In this document: positions 27,101 through 40,547 of the stretch, piece after piece
Layout: each line of letters opens with the position of its first letter
Position numbering within the stretch: position 1 is the first letter of the stretch
DNA from: Eledone cirrhosa
Lineage: Eukaryota
Direction of reading: 5' to 3'
Assembly: GCA_964016885.1 (NCBI GenBank)
Contig: OZ024741.1
Span: 264,244,001-264,308,000, forward strand
DNA: 64,000 bases
Position numbers and translations under genes: made by a program
Notes under the pieces: generated by a model
What the model saw: the letters and a program-made list of their open reading frames with translations, nothing else
The model's database searches: none
Told to the model about the DNA's origin: nothing

Positions 27101-30100
27101 ATGAGATCACCCGAGAACTCCTTCCAGGGCAGTCATACCACCACCGCTTTGACCTCATAGCGAGGGCTTTCGAGAGGAACATACAGAAAATGAAGGCATG
27201 TTGTGCAAAAGCCAACATCTTCGGCCCTGCTAGATGCCATACGTACACCGTAGAATGTCAGAAACGGGGCCTGCCTCACATTCATCTGTTACTGTGGCTG
27301 CAGAACAAGATCAACTCCAACGACATCGACAAATTTATCTGCGCAGAGATCCCCAACCCTGCCACCGACAAAGAACTCTTCGACGTCGTCACGGCTTCCA
27401 TGATACACGGACCCTGTTATCCGGGTTCTAACCATTCGTGTCAGAAAGACGGGATCTGTAGTAAGAGGTACCCTAGGAAATTTTTTTCAGAGACCTAGAC
27501 AGGGCACGACGGCTATCCCCTGTACAGGCGCCGGTCGCCTGAAGACGGTGGTTTTACTGCCATTGTAAGGGGCAAGCAAGTCGACAATCGATGGGTGGTC
27601 CCCTATTGTCCACTTCTCACTTCGACGTTCCAAGCCCACATTAATGTGGAATTCTGTAGCTCAGTTAAATCGATTAAATATGTTTGCAAGTACGTCAACA
27701 AGGGCTGCGATTCCGCTGCATTCGCCCTCCAGTCCGACCGGGACGAGGTCAGTGAGTACCTATCGGCCCGGTACATAAGTACAAACGAAGCGTTTTGGCG
27801 AATTTTTGGTTTTTCTATCCATGAAAGGTACCCCAAAATCACAAACCTGGCAGTCCACTTAGAGAACGGACAGCGGGTTTACTTTACGGCCGCAAATGCT
27901 GCTCAAGTTGCGGCTAACCCCAAAGAAACCACGTTAACCGCTTTCTTTAAGCTCTGTCACGTAGACGCTTTTGCGAGAACTCTAATTTACCCTCAGGTGC
28001 CGTCCTACTTCACTTGGCACCGCAAAAGCTGGGTACGGCGAAAAACTGGTAAGGCAGTTGAATCGCATCCGGGAGTTAAATTTTCTGACATGCCTCGGTA
28101 GAGTCTACACGGTTCCCCCAACCCAACCTGAGTGCTTTCACCTGCGCATTCTTCTGCACGAGGTCAAGGGGCCGCAAGGTTTCTTTGACTTAAAAACAGT
28201 AAACGGGGAACTTTGCAACACTTTTCGAGAAGCCTGCTTTAGGCTTGGTCTCTTGGAAGATGACTCCCAATGGGACTCGACCCTCGCCGATGGTGCTCTG
28301 CTGAAATCCCCACAGAAATTAAGGGAACTGTTTGCCTTTTTGCTGCACAATTGTGGCTTAGCTAACCCTTCAGCCCTTTGGCTGAAGTACAGGGACGATT
28401 TGTGCGAGGACTTCCTCCGCACAGCCAAACGGCAAAATCCGTCTTTAGAAGTGGGGTTCACCGAAATCATTTACGACCAAGGGCTAATTTCCATCCAAGA
28501 AGAGCTCCTTCAACTAGGGGGAATGACTTGCCAACATACGGCTTGCCAGCCACCAGCAGGGAAAATGTTAGTGTGCTCGGTCCAGATATTCTGTTGGAGA
28601 CATCTTACGATGTCGCCGTGTTGACAACTTTCCTAGATGAAAATGAACGTAAGCTTCTTCCCGAGCAAAGGGTTGCTTATGAAACTGTCGTTGACAGTGT
28701 ACTTGGTGGATTAGGTTGTGTCTTCTTTCTTGATGCCTCTGGCGGTAAAGGCAAAACCTTCGTTACCTCCCTCATGTTGGCTCGTCTTCGACAACAAAAA
28801 AAGATTGCCCTTGCGGTCGCCTCATCGGGGATCGCCGCTACCTTGCTGCCTGGAGGGAAGACGGCTCATGCTGCCTTTAAGCTTCCGTTGGACCTCGCAC
28901 GAACTGATACGCCGACGTGCAACATTAGCAAGCACTCCGACAAAGCGGCACTTCTCGCAAAATGTTGCCTCATTGTGTGGGACGAATGAACCATGGCACA
29001 TAAGGGTGCTCTGGAGGCATTAGATAGGAGTTTAAAAGATATCAGGAACTCCTCGGCACCCTTGGGTGGCGTGACTTTACTGCTTTCGGGTGACTTCAGG
29101 CAAACGATGCCTGTTATCCCCAAAGGGACAAGGGCTGATGAAGTCCGCGCATGCCTGAAGTCGTCGACGCTTTGGCCTATCGTTCGGACACTCCGCCTGA
29201 GCGTTAACATGCGGGCGCAGTTGCTCGGGGACAGCACGTCTGCTGAATTCGGCCAGGCCATCCTAGCTATAGGGGAAGGCCGACTTCCTTCCAACGAAAA
29301 GGGTGAGGTGTCGCTGGCATCTGTCAGTAATACAGTTGACAGACCTAAGGCCCTTTTAGAAGCTGCTTTTCCAAACCTACATGTTAACTACACTAACTTA
29401 GATTGGCTTAGTTCAAGAGCCATCGTAGCCCCCCAAAACTCTGCTGTTAATGCTCTCAACGAAGAGCTACTCGGCAAGATTCCAGCCCAAGAGAAAAATT
29501 TTAAGTCTATAGACCGCGTCACCGATCCACAGGAGGCGACGGATTACCCAGTAGAGTTTTTGAATAGCCTTGACCCCCCAGGTCTCCCACCCCACATCCT
29601 GAAGCTCAAGGTCGGCAGTCTGATTATGCTTATGCGTAACATGCGCCCTCCAAAACAGTGCAACGGCACTCGAATGGTAGTCAAATCAATGACGAACCAT
29701 CTCATTGAAGCAACCATTTTAACTGGTTGTGGTAAAGGTGAGACCGTCATGATTCCAAGGCTAAGCATCCAACCTTCGACCACGGACATCCCGATAGGTT
29801 TTAGGCGACATCAGTTTCCCGTAAGGCCCTGCTTCGCGATCACCATAAACAAATCTCAGGGTCAAACTTTGTCCGTGGCGGGCATTCATCTAAAAGAGCC
29901 CTGCTTTGCTCATGGCCAACTTTATGTTGCCTGCTCGCGAGTTGGGAGTAAGGACTCCCTTTTTTCATACACACCCAACGGTATGACCCGCAACATAGTC
30001 TACAAAGAGGTCCTGTAACGTGCATTACCACTGAGATGATTTAACACAAAAAGAGTTTATATATATACAAACACATACACACACTCACATACAGATATAT

Positions 30101-30747
30101 ATATATCATTATCTATAAAAGCGAGTGTGTGTGCATGTTCCTTTTCTATACGATTAAAAAAAAATATCTCCTTCAATGGAAAATTACTTATCAATATTCG
30201 AAATAGCTTCAATTAGGTCATGCAGAATTTATATATTTAAAATTGATCCCCAATTACGCAAAAATATCGATAAAACTCAATAATTCACGATATACCTCTC
30301 TCATAAATCTGATATCGAAACGGAAGATTACGACCCTAAATGGTGGACAGTTCGAAATACTGCTGCTGCTGTGCTTCTGGTTGTTGCTCATCTAATTCTA
30401 TCAGGCTCTTCCAACAACTTTACAGTACTTTATCATCCGTTAAAAAAAAACTGTTTTTTGGCTGTTTTTTGTTTTCGACAGAAAATTTATTACGATTCTG
30501 TTTGCTATTCTTAATATATATATTTTTTTTTGTGTTCCCTTTTTGTGATTTTTGTTGGTTTCTTGGTTGAGAAAAAAAGATGGTAAAACTGGGTTGAAGA
30601 GATTTTCATTTCTAAATTCTATTATCATTACAACTTTGACATATTTTATGTAAAGTCAATATGAGAAAAAAAAATTCTTCATATTTATTGTTTCCTAATC
30701 TGAATAAAAACAGCAGTAACCCGGGCAACGCCGGGTCATTCAGCTAG
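24186..30747 (+). mobile_element. Near-complete Helitron (rolling-circle transposon), decayed
   Basis: A|TCTATATATATAAAA 5' end at 24186; Rep-helicase coding region 25266-30018; 3' hairpin acccggGCAACGccgggt then CTAG|T at 30744-30747. Confidence 0.85.
25266..30018 (+). pseudogene. Helitron Rep/PIF1-family helicase with N-terminal 23-aa repeats and zinc finger
   Basis: AFNYDP, CQFCGAEKW, YNCAFQMTSFG; Rep motifs PDLFITFTCNP, ECQKRGLPHIH, KYVCKYVNKG; helicase FLDASGGKGKT, IVWDE, GDFRQ, FAITINKSQGQT, HGQLYVACSR; stops at 27496 and 28987, frameshifts near 26015, 28090 and 28520. Confidence 0.96.
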
Positions 30748-30817
30748 TATATAGATAATACAAGGCTTGCTGAACACTCAAGCAGTAACCGCTTGGCGCC
30801 GCCGTCGGTATTTTACA

Positions 30818-30890
<73 letters not shown>

Positions 30891-31164
30891 TAAAACATGT
30901 CTACAGAATCACCAAATAAAATATATACCATTTCCTCTCCCAATTAGCATAATTAACCATATAAAAAATCGATTAGACCAAGCTATAAGAATAAAGGCTT
31001 CTATGAAGAAATCTCCGACAAATAACCGAAAGCAGCCCTTCGCGTCGGTTGCGACGGAGTATTTATCGAGTATTTCGACAGCGTGTATAAATCGTCCAGA
31101 TATACAGTCAACTAAACAGAATTAGGTGTAAAATAAACTAGGAGAAAAGTGAACATATTTAGTT

Positions 31165-31242
31165 ACCTCTACCATGGTTTCGTCCGCATTTTAAGATATC
31201 CGATTACATCGGACATCTAGAGCACCGGACTCTTCAGGAAGT
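31165..31242 (-). ncRNA. Type-I hammerhead ribozyme (mirror copy of 31587-31664)
   Basis: Reverse complement of the plus-strand copy. Confidence 0.8.
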
Positions 31243-31348
31243 TAGCTCAAATTTAGACAATAAATTTCCCAAAGTGATCGCAACCTAACGAGAGATTATT
31301 ACATATAAAGGTTTACACATATATATATATATATGTAAAACACATATG

Positions 31349-31381
<33 letters not shown>

Positions 31382-31586
31382 AAACCTTTATATGTAATAA
31401 TCTCCCGTTAGGTTGAGATACAATTTTGGCTGTATTGTGCTGCGCTTTCTAGCAAAAGGCCACCAGCCGTAAGCAACTAATCACATTCTTTCTAACCTGA
31501 CCGCTGCTACGTCACGATTCTTAGCCATTTTTGAATGTATTCTTGGAGCGATCACTTTGGAAAATTTATTGTCTAAATTTGAGCTA

Positions 31587-31664
31587 ACTTCCTGAAGAGT
31601 CCGGTGCTCTAGATGTCCGATGTAATCGGATATCTTAAAATGCGGACGAAACCATGGTAGAGGT
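31587..31664 (+). ncRNA. Type-I hammerhead ribozyme with extended stem II
   Basis: acttc-CTGAAGA-gtcc...(tccgatgtaatcgga)...ggac-GAA-ACCATGGT-A-gaggt. Confidence 0.82.
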
Positions 31665-32008
31665 AACTAAATATGTTCACTTTTCTCCTAGTTTATTTTA
31701 CACCTAATTCTGTTTAGTTGACTGTATATCTGGACGATTTATACACGCTGTCGAAATACTCGATAAATACTCCGTCGCAGCCGGCGCGAAGGGCTGCTTT
31801 CGGTTATTTGTCGGAGATTTCTTCATAGAAGCCTTTATTCTTATAGCTTGGTCTAATCGATTTTTTATATGGTTAATTATGCTAATTGGGAGAGGAAATG
31901 GTATATATTTTATCTGGTGATTCTATAGACATGTTTTATGATATATAGCTCTGATTATTTAATTTATTAACTCTTCATTGAGCCACAAAGTGACCCGTTG
32001 CAAAACAC

Positions 32009-32401
<393 letters not shown>

Positions 32402-32412
32402 TGTGTGTAAAC

Positions 32413-32470
<58 letters not shown>

Positions 32471-32779
32471 TTCAAGAATAACCAATCTTAAAGAGAGAGA
32501 TGGAGATAGGAGAGGAGAGATTGGTGAATTAGTTAGAAGCCAAAGCGTAAAGGCATGTGCTCAATGTGTAATATGCAGTAGAAAGCAGCTAAGTGGCTGG
32601 GTTCATGCAGAAGTTAGGCGCGCAGAGCTGGAAATATTCATTAGTTAAGCAAAACAAGACCACACATTTCACAAGGAAGACATTATTAAAAGATTGTCAA
32701 CATATTTTAGTTTGATGTAAGGAATGTAGAGAATAATAATATATATGTGAAATTTGTGATCTTGTTTTGCTTAACTAAT

Positions 32780-32892
32780 GTGGCTGAGTGGTTAGAGAAT
32801 TGGATTCGCAATCGTAAGGTTGTGAGTTCGATTCCTGGACCAGGCGATGCGTTATGTCCTTGAGCAAGACACTTTATTTCACGTTGCTCCTT
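32780..32892 (+). mobile_element. tRNA-derived SINE, 3'-truncated (related to 15604-15858)
   Basis: A box TGGCTGAGTGG, B box GAGTTCGATTCC, ccttgagcaagacact body. Confidence 0.82.
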
Positions 32893-33644
32893 CTACCTGG
32901 AGTTGCGACCGATAGATAGTATTAGCAATTGGAAAGACCAACGGAAACATTGTTCCGTCGGTCCGATTTGACGAAAGTCGATCGTTCCTTAGATATATAT
33001 ATATATATTTGAGTGTTCAGCAAGCCTTTTCAGACTCTACTCACACACACATATATATTATTTATTCTTTATCATTAACATTTATATAAAAAATAATACC
33101 CATGTATAATTATTTTAAATTTTTTACCCGACTTTTCTAGAAAAGGGCCTCAAAGTTTGTATAGCTTAGGGTCTTATAAGATGAAAGTCCGGCTTTACCT
33201 TGGTACTTCACTAGCAAGAGGGAAATAACAAAGTAGCTATTGTATTGTCTCAGTGACTGGTCTCTAGTTAACATCAAGTACAAACAATTTTATGTTTATG
33301 GAAAGAACGAAGAATTTACTCATCTTTTTTTATGAAACTGTTTAGGGATGTTATCAGATATTCTGACGATGTTAATTGTTTCTACCGATTAGTCTGGGAG
33401 AGAACCACAGCGCACATATACTTTATTTCTTTCCAGTATTTTTGAAATTGGTAAGAGTATATCCCTAAAGAATGATGCTTGTGAAGTGTTCTTTCGGATG
33501 CTGTGATCTACTCTTCAGTGATTTGTATAAGATATTCTCTGTATACTTCTCTGAATAACATTTTTTAACGATCTCTTTTCATTGAGATCTTATGTAAATT
33601 CATGATAATTTTAATTATTTATAATAATGAATACTGCTCCTAAA

Positions 33645-33833
33645 TAATTGTCTCTACTTTTGGCACAAGGCCAGCAATTATTCCAGTGCATTGCAGGTAC
33701 TTTATTTTATCGACCCCATAAGGATGAAAGGCAAAGTTAACCTCGGCGGGATTTGAACTCAGACCATAAAGGGCTGTAACTCTTTGATGCAAAGCATGGC
33801 GCTCGACCCTCTACCGATACTGCCAATCCACCA
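33645..33833 (-). mobile_element. tRNA-derived SINE (Nin/Deu-like body)
   Basis: Reverse of the family copy at 62427-62613. Confidence 0.88.
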
Positions 33834-34374
33834 AATAATGATAAGGTGATTGGGCGGCTCGTATCGACTGCTATTTCTAGCTGCTTTTTAGGCTTGTCAT
33901 TTTGTCCGTTTATACAACTATTTACTTGTTGATAGATTGACGCATGCGTGCAATGGTATTATTTTTAATTTTATTGCACCATGCTGGATCATGGAGAGAT
34001 GACAAAATTTCCCTCAACAGGTATCTATATTTATTCTTATACTTGACAGAATACCTCCGATGGAGGATGGCTCCGTAATGAGGGCCATATCAATCTATTG
34101 AAATGGTCTGATTTATCCTTCAGTTCAGAAACTGTAATCAAATTATAGTCAGTGTTTTTGGCCAGGCCCCTTATATTTAGATGGCTCGAGTATATCCCCA
34201 GGGAATGATTCTTGTGAAGTATTCTTTAGAGTACTTTACTGTGATCTTGCAGTGGTTTATATAAGATACTCTCTATATATATACTTCTCTGAATAAGATC
34301 TTCTAACGATCTCTTTTCATTGAGATGTTATGTATATTCGTGACAATTTTAATTATCTCTCTCTCTCTCTCTCT

Positions 34375-34468
<94 letters not shown>

Positions 34469-34602
34469 ATTAAAAAAATAATGAATAAAACAATGAAACA
34501 GTTCCTTATATTAAACAAAAAAAGTTCATTATTTAACGATCGTTTCTAGGACATATATGTGTTAGAATTGGTATGCATATTCAACAGATCTATGTACAAA
34601 AT

Positions 34603-34657
<55 letters not shown>

Positions 34658-34983
34658 ATATGTATATGTATGTATATATATATATATGTATATGTATATA
34701 TATAATATATATATGTATATGTACACAATATATTAATAAATGGAAACTATATTTATAAAACCATATTTATTTTATTTCAAGGGCAACCAAGGCAAATTAT
34801 GGTACGCTTTCATCAGATAAAATATATAAATTATAATAAATAAAATATGGTTTTATAAATATAGTTTCCATTTATTAATATATTGTGTATTTACTCCACT
34901 AAACTGTTGAGTGCTTTATATCAGTTATAAAAATGCTTAAGCTTGTTGAATCCCAACAAATTAAATATAACATTGCATATATG

Positions 34984-35015
<32 letters not shown>

Positions 35016-35025
35016 TGTATGTATG

Positions 35026-35635
35026 TCAGGTCACCAGTTGGTGCTACTGGTAACATGTATCCCAGTACAACCTGTCTCATGGTCGGGTCGTTGCCGACTA
35101 AACTGGCAACCCCACCAAGGGATCTTGGTGAGGAGGGTGACTTTGGACATCCTGCAGGACTAAAAACAAAACCTGTCAAAGGGCAAAGGAGCTCTTAAGA
35201 GGCAATGGCCATACAAAATCACCGGGAAAGATGACCCCTTAGCCTTTGTCAAGGCAGAATTCTAGAAGAAGGAAAACTCTGATATAACACCTGCAATCCT
35301 GATGGTATCCAATGATGTTGACTTGTTCTTCTTTTTGGTAAATATCATCTTGGTTAAGAGAGTGGGACTGGCTTTGTGCAGTGCCTTTGCTCACTATAAA
35401 AGCTTCACGGCACATGCATTGCTTTATATCTGGAGATCTCTCTGCACTTGTCGTCACATGGTACCATGGGCCCAGCACTGTGTGTCAATAATTGTCACAG
35501 GTGTAGTGTTTGTACCAGAGTTTTCAAGTCGCTGGCTGGACTAAAAAGTCGCACTCGTTCAGCGCATCAGTAGGGGTTCTCCTACATGGATATGAAGTAG
35601 TGGCCGTACTCGAAAACGAGTTGGCAGCCACCATG
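35026..35635 (+). mobile_element. Internally deleted (bipartite) RTE-type retroposon in (ATGT)n
   Basis: RTE 5'UTR-like tctagaagaaggaaaactctga; 3' C2H2 remnant CSVCTRVFKSLAGLKSRTRSAH*; (ATGT)n tail; related pieces at 35655-35860 and 60070-60256 (minus). Confidence 0.62.
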
Positions 35636-35929
35636 TATGTATGTATGTATGTATGAGGTTGATCTTTTCTTCTTTTCGGGTTATAGCTACTGTCGCTCAA
35701 AGAGTGGGATTGGCTCAGTGCACAGTCTTTCCTCACGTTAAAAATAATCTTCACGCACAGGCATTGCATGATAGAATTAATTAATAATTATTAATAATTG
35801 TATATCGTGCAATGGCCATACTCGATAACGAGGGGGCAGCCATCATCATCATCATCATGTATGTATGTATGTATGTATGTATGTATGTATATGTAGATGT
35901 ATATGTATGTATATGTCTTTGTATACACA

Positions 35930-37230
35930 CACTCACTCCCCCCCACACACACACACACAATCACTCACACCCTCACACATACACTCACAGACTCTCACAC
36001 TCACGCACACACCTACAAACACAGTCACACAACAGACATATTACATATATCGATCTGTGGATACACACGCTCACACACACCCTCACACACACACACACAC
36101 ACACGCACTCACACACGCACACACAGTCACACAACAGATATACGACATATATCTATCTGTGGATACACACGCTCACACACCCTCACACACACACACACAC
36201 ACACACGCACTCACACACGCACACACAGTCACACAACAGATATACGACATATATCGATCTGTGGATACACACGCTCACACACACCCTCACACACACACAC
36301 ACACGCACTCACACACGCACACACAATCACACAACAGATATACGACATATATCTATCTGTGGATACACACGCTCACACACACCCTCACACACACACACAC
36401 GCACTCACACACGCACACACAGTCACACAACAGATATACGACATATATCGATCTGTGGATACACACGCTCACACACACCCTCACACACACACACACACAC
36501 ACGCACTCACACACGCACACACAATCACACAACAGATATACGACATATATCTATCTGTGGATACACACGCTCACACACACCCTCACACACACACACACAC
36601 GCACTCACACACGCACACACAGTCACACAACAGATATACGACATATATCTATCTGTGGATACACACGCTCACACACACCCTCACACGCACTCACACACGC
36701 ACTCACACACGCACACACAATCACACAACTGACATACGACATATATCGATCTGTGGATACACACGCTCACACACACCCTCACACACACACACACACACGC
36801 ACTCACACACGCACACACAGTCACACAACAGACATACGACATATATCTATCTGTGGATACACACGCTCACACACAACCTCACACACACCCTCACACACAC
36901 ACACACACACGCACTCACACACGCACTCACACACAATCACACAACTGACATACGACATATATCGATCTGTGGATACACACGCTCACACACACCCTCACAC
37001 ACAGACACACACACACACACGCGCACTCACACATGCACACACAGTCACACAACTGACAGACGACATATATCTATTTGTGGATACGCACGCTCCCACACAC
37101 ACTCACACACACCCTCACACATCCCCACACACATCATCTCACACACACTCACATCCCTTCACAAACAGACACACACTCACACTCACACTCACACAACTGA
37201 CAGACGACATATATCTATTTGTGGATACAT
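35930..37230. repeat. Minisatellite of ~90-100 bp units
   Basis: About 12 copies of cacaacagatatacgacatatatc(g/t)atctgtggatacacacgctcacacac. Confidence 0.95.
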
Positions 37231-38972
37231 AGACTACCAAGATTTAATTAAATATTATCTATTATATCCGTTGACTCAATATATAATCATGTCTATCATC
37301 ACGCAGAGATTTCTTAACTACAATGATATCTTGTGTCTAGTATCACGACAGGCCTTACGTCTTCATCATATTCTTAATAAGTTGAAATATCCCACTGTTA
37401 AATTACTATTTCTTGTTATAATAGTCGAAGATTGCACACGTAACTGACGCCATTTTGTAGCAAACGAAAGGAAAAATAGATGGCTTTTGTACCATATCTA
37501 GAACTATCCGGGAGGTTACCAGCGCATATGAGGCAAACCGTTGTGTCAGCCTGAAGTAGAGGAGAAGAGCGCCCAAATATATAAACTTTCGCTATGAAAT
37601 GGCTCAGTCAGTAAAGAGGTAAGTCACTTAAGTTTGGCCTATCTTTGTTGGTGTTGGCCTTAGAGTAACTCGAGTTGAGCAGCATTTTGATCTTCCATAA
37701 GCTTGGCTTATCTTTATTGGTATTGCTGTTGTTTAGCTTTAGAGTAACTCGAATTGAGCAGGCTTATGATATTTCAGGAGCTTGGCTTATCTTTGTTGTT
37801 CTTGTTAGAGTAACTTGCATTGAGCAGCCTTTTGAGCTTCAAGAAGCTATTTTTCAATAGTCCTATTTTCAAATTTATGTCTTCATTATGCAATCCCTCA
37901 TTCCTTTGCCAAGACAGAAAGGTGTAATCTGAAAGATATTTGGCTGCTATTTTTAGCATGTAAAATGACCACTTAGGCGCTGTCACGTTAGCTCATTACC
38001 TTTTATGTTATCATGATTAGTTCACTATGTTTCCATGTTCAAATAAATCCCCTTCATGATCAATAGAATAAATACTAAGACAAGACGAGTTAGGTTCTAC
38101 GTTGTAGCTCAGCCTACAAGAAATAATAGCCAGATTTTACTCAAATTACATTTTAAAACTAGAGAATGGTGTCGTAGAAATATATTTTAAAAAGGAAGTG
38201 ATGGCCGTCGCTGGTGCCCCCTCCCCCACACTGCAGGGGGCCCGGGACAATAGCCCGCCCCCTTTTAAATCCGACCCTGCGGTTGACATGCTAAAGAAAG
38301 CGACGAAATACATCGCATATGATTCACTTACATTCACAAAAAAAAACAACAAAAGAACGAAAGACGACTTGTGTGTGTGGTATGATTGTAAACAAAACAA
38401 CGAGATGGAGTATATTTTACCAGGGTTAACTATGAGTCACACAATAATAAATAGTATTAGTCAATCTAATTTATAATATTTGGGGAGGGTTATGTTGTCC
38501 TCATAATGCCAAAAATAGTAAAACACACCCATTGTTAGGTTTGATTTTCGCTACAGTATATTTTTTTTTTAAAATAGGAAAACACACTCACTGTTTGGTT
38601 TGTTTTCGCTTCAGTATATTTGTATATATAAAAATATATATATACAAATATACTGAAGCGAAAACCAAACCAAACAGTGAATGTGTTTTCCTATTTTTTT
38701 TTAGCAATATTAGGACAACATGACACCCCTCTCCCCACCACCAAATATAACAATATCTGTTTAACACACGATGTCATATAAAAAATGTTGCATAACAAAT
38801 ACATGGCCACCAATTTATAATAACCAGTGGGACCCGTGGACATTCCATGGACGAAAAAATTAAGAGGAGCTATTTAAGACACGTCTAGATGTATATTATC
38901 TCTTCTCTCCTGTTGTCTTAGTCTACCTTGTTATAAAACAATATGTCTCTCTTCTTCCTTCATTTCCTTGCG

Positions 38973-39004
<32 letters not shown>

Positions 39005-39107
39005 CACACAACTCATTACAATTGTGTGTATGTGTATAAGCATATGTATACATTTATATGTATGAGTATATAAATATAAAAGCGCAAACACACATACACT
39101 CACACAA

Positions 39108-39151
<44 letters not shown>

Positions 39152-39499
39152 TACAGTCGCATAAATGTAGCTATAGCGTTTCATCAGTCCCTTCCTTCCT
39201 CAATCATTACATAGATGTGTGTGTATGTAATAATTATTTTGTATAATGTGTCTATTTATGAATATGCATGAGTAGATGTGTGTGTCTGTTTGCACTTCTG
39301 TTGTCTGTGTATCTGTTTATGTATTTTTGTGTAGATGTATGTGTATGTAACTAAAGTGTAACGTACGAACGAATGGACGGAACAGACCAAGAATTATAAG
39401 ATTTCCAATAAAAAAATATGCTTAGACGCCAAACGAAAACAAACATTAATATTTTTGCTGGCATATTGTCGATGTCAACTCTGTTATGCACAGGAGAAG

Positions 39500-40125
39500 A
39501 TGTTTCAATTTATTGCCACGAGGGCGCAAAAGGAGGGGTCAAATACAAAGGGGGGGAGTTTACACAAAAGAACGAGTAAAAAAAAAGCAAATAACAAATA
39601 TAAAATTAACAATAAAGTCCTCAAAAGAGAGGAGGCGTTTTAGGGGGTCGAGCCCCCCCCCCCGAAAAAGTGTGCAAGCCTTCTCCTCAGGAACACAGAG
39701 AGAGAGGGTGCTCCCTTGTTCTTCCATCTTTTTCACCTACAGGCTGGTATAGAGAGAAGGCCCATTCACACGGGCCATTCTCGCCACTTTCACCCACCTT
39801 TCATAAAACTGGCTGGGGTGGAGCACCTCTCTCTCCATCCTGATCCTTCTTCCGAAATGATATCGGAAGAAAAGGACTAGTTGTTGGCCAGAGAGAAAGG
39901 TGTCTGACCTCAGTCCTTTCAGACGCGTCCACCATACAACCTCTTTCACCATGGCTATTACGCACAGAAACACCGCCCCTCCTTCATTTTTGAAGGAGGG
40001 AGGCGGCTTGATCGTTATAATGGACTCGGTGGTCAACCGGATAGGTCCCACCCGTGACAGCAGTCGTTCGACATAACCCCACAGATCGGCGACGCCCGGG
40101 CAGTGTACCAGTGCATGCGCAGTAC
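39500..40125 (-). mobile_element. 5'-truncated L1/Tx1-type LINE (ORF2 C-terminus + 3'UTR)
   Basis: HALVHCPGVADLWGYVERLL...IAMVKEVVWWTRL resembles the end of the L1/Tx1 zinc-binding domain; ends ccctcgtggcaataaattgaaacat. Confidence 0.72.
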
Positions 40126-40196
40126 CAGTAATATAATAGGTAGGAAATATAATAGGTAGGAAATATAATAGGTAGGAAATCGAACGTACACACTAT

Positions 40197-40368
40197 AATT
40201 GTTTCTACTTTTGGCACAAGGCCAGCAATTACCCCAGTGCATTACTGGTACTTTATTTTATCGACCCCGTAAGGATGAAAGGCAAATTTAACCTCGGCGA
40301 GATTTGAACTCAGAATGGTAAGGGCCGTAACTCTATGCGTCAAAGCATGGCGTCCGACCCTCTACCCC
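40197..40368 (-). mobile_element. tRNA-derived SINE (Nin/Deu-like body)
   Basis: Same family as 62427-62613. Confidence 0.88.
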
Positions 40369-40547
40369 TCTATGTCAACTCTGTTATGCGCAGGAGAAGG
40401 CTAGATAAACCAAGTATCACTACTACCAGTACCAGTAATATAATAGGTAGGATGAAATCGAACGTACACACTAGAATGAAACACAAACAGATTGAATTCA
40501 AGTCTGTACATGGTAGTTTTATATTTGCATTGTTACTATTGCAATAG

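Larger units (their letters stand above)
30885..31945. repeat. ~400-bp near-perfect inverted repeat (30885-31281 / 31548-31945), each arm carrying a hammerhead
   Basis: Arms are reverse complements with only a few mismatches; left arm begins at (TA)n. Confidence 0.92.

Noticed and set aside
28987-28989. In-frame TGA at a Cys-like position (WDE*TM) as selenocysteine
   Set aside because: The same Helitron has another stop and three frameshifts, so ordinary decay is simpler; no SECIS seen
25247-29789. Antisense and alternate-frame ORFs over the Helitron
   Set aside because: Shadows of a GC-richer coding region, with no motifs of their own
33478-34356. Direct repeat 33478-33618 / 34210-34356 as LTRs
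   Set aside because: Diverged, no TG..CA ends, PBS, PPT or internal coding sequence; a local duplication
35040-35112. HDV-like ribozyme at the 5' end of the RTE-type element
   Set aside because: P2, P4 and CTAA can be drawn but P1 and P3 cannot, and the pairing is not kept in the 60070-60256 copy
35812-37447. 455-516 aa His/Thr-rich repeat proteins
   Set aside because: Open in several frames at once, and unit lengths vary without keeping frame; a minisatellite
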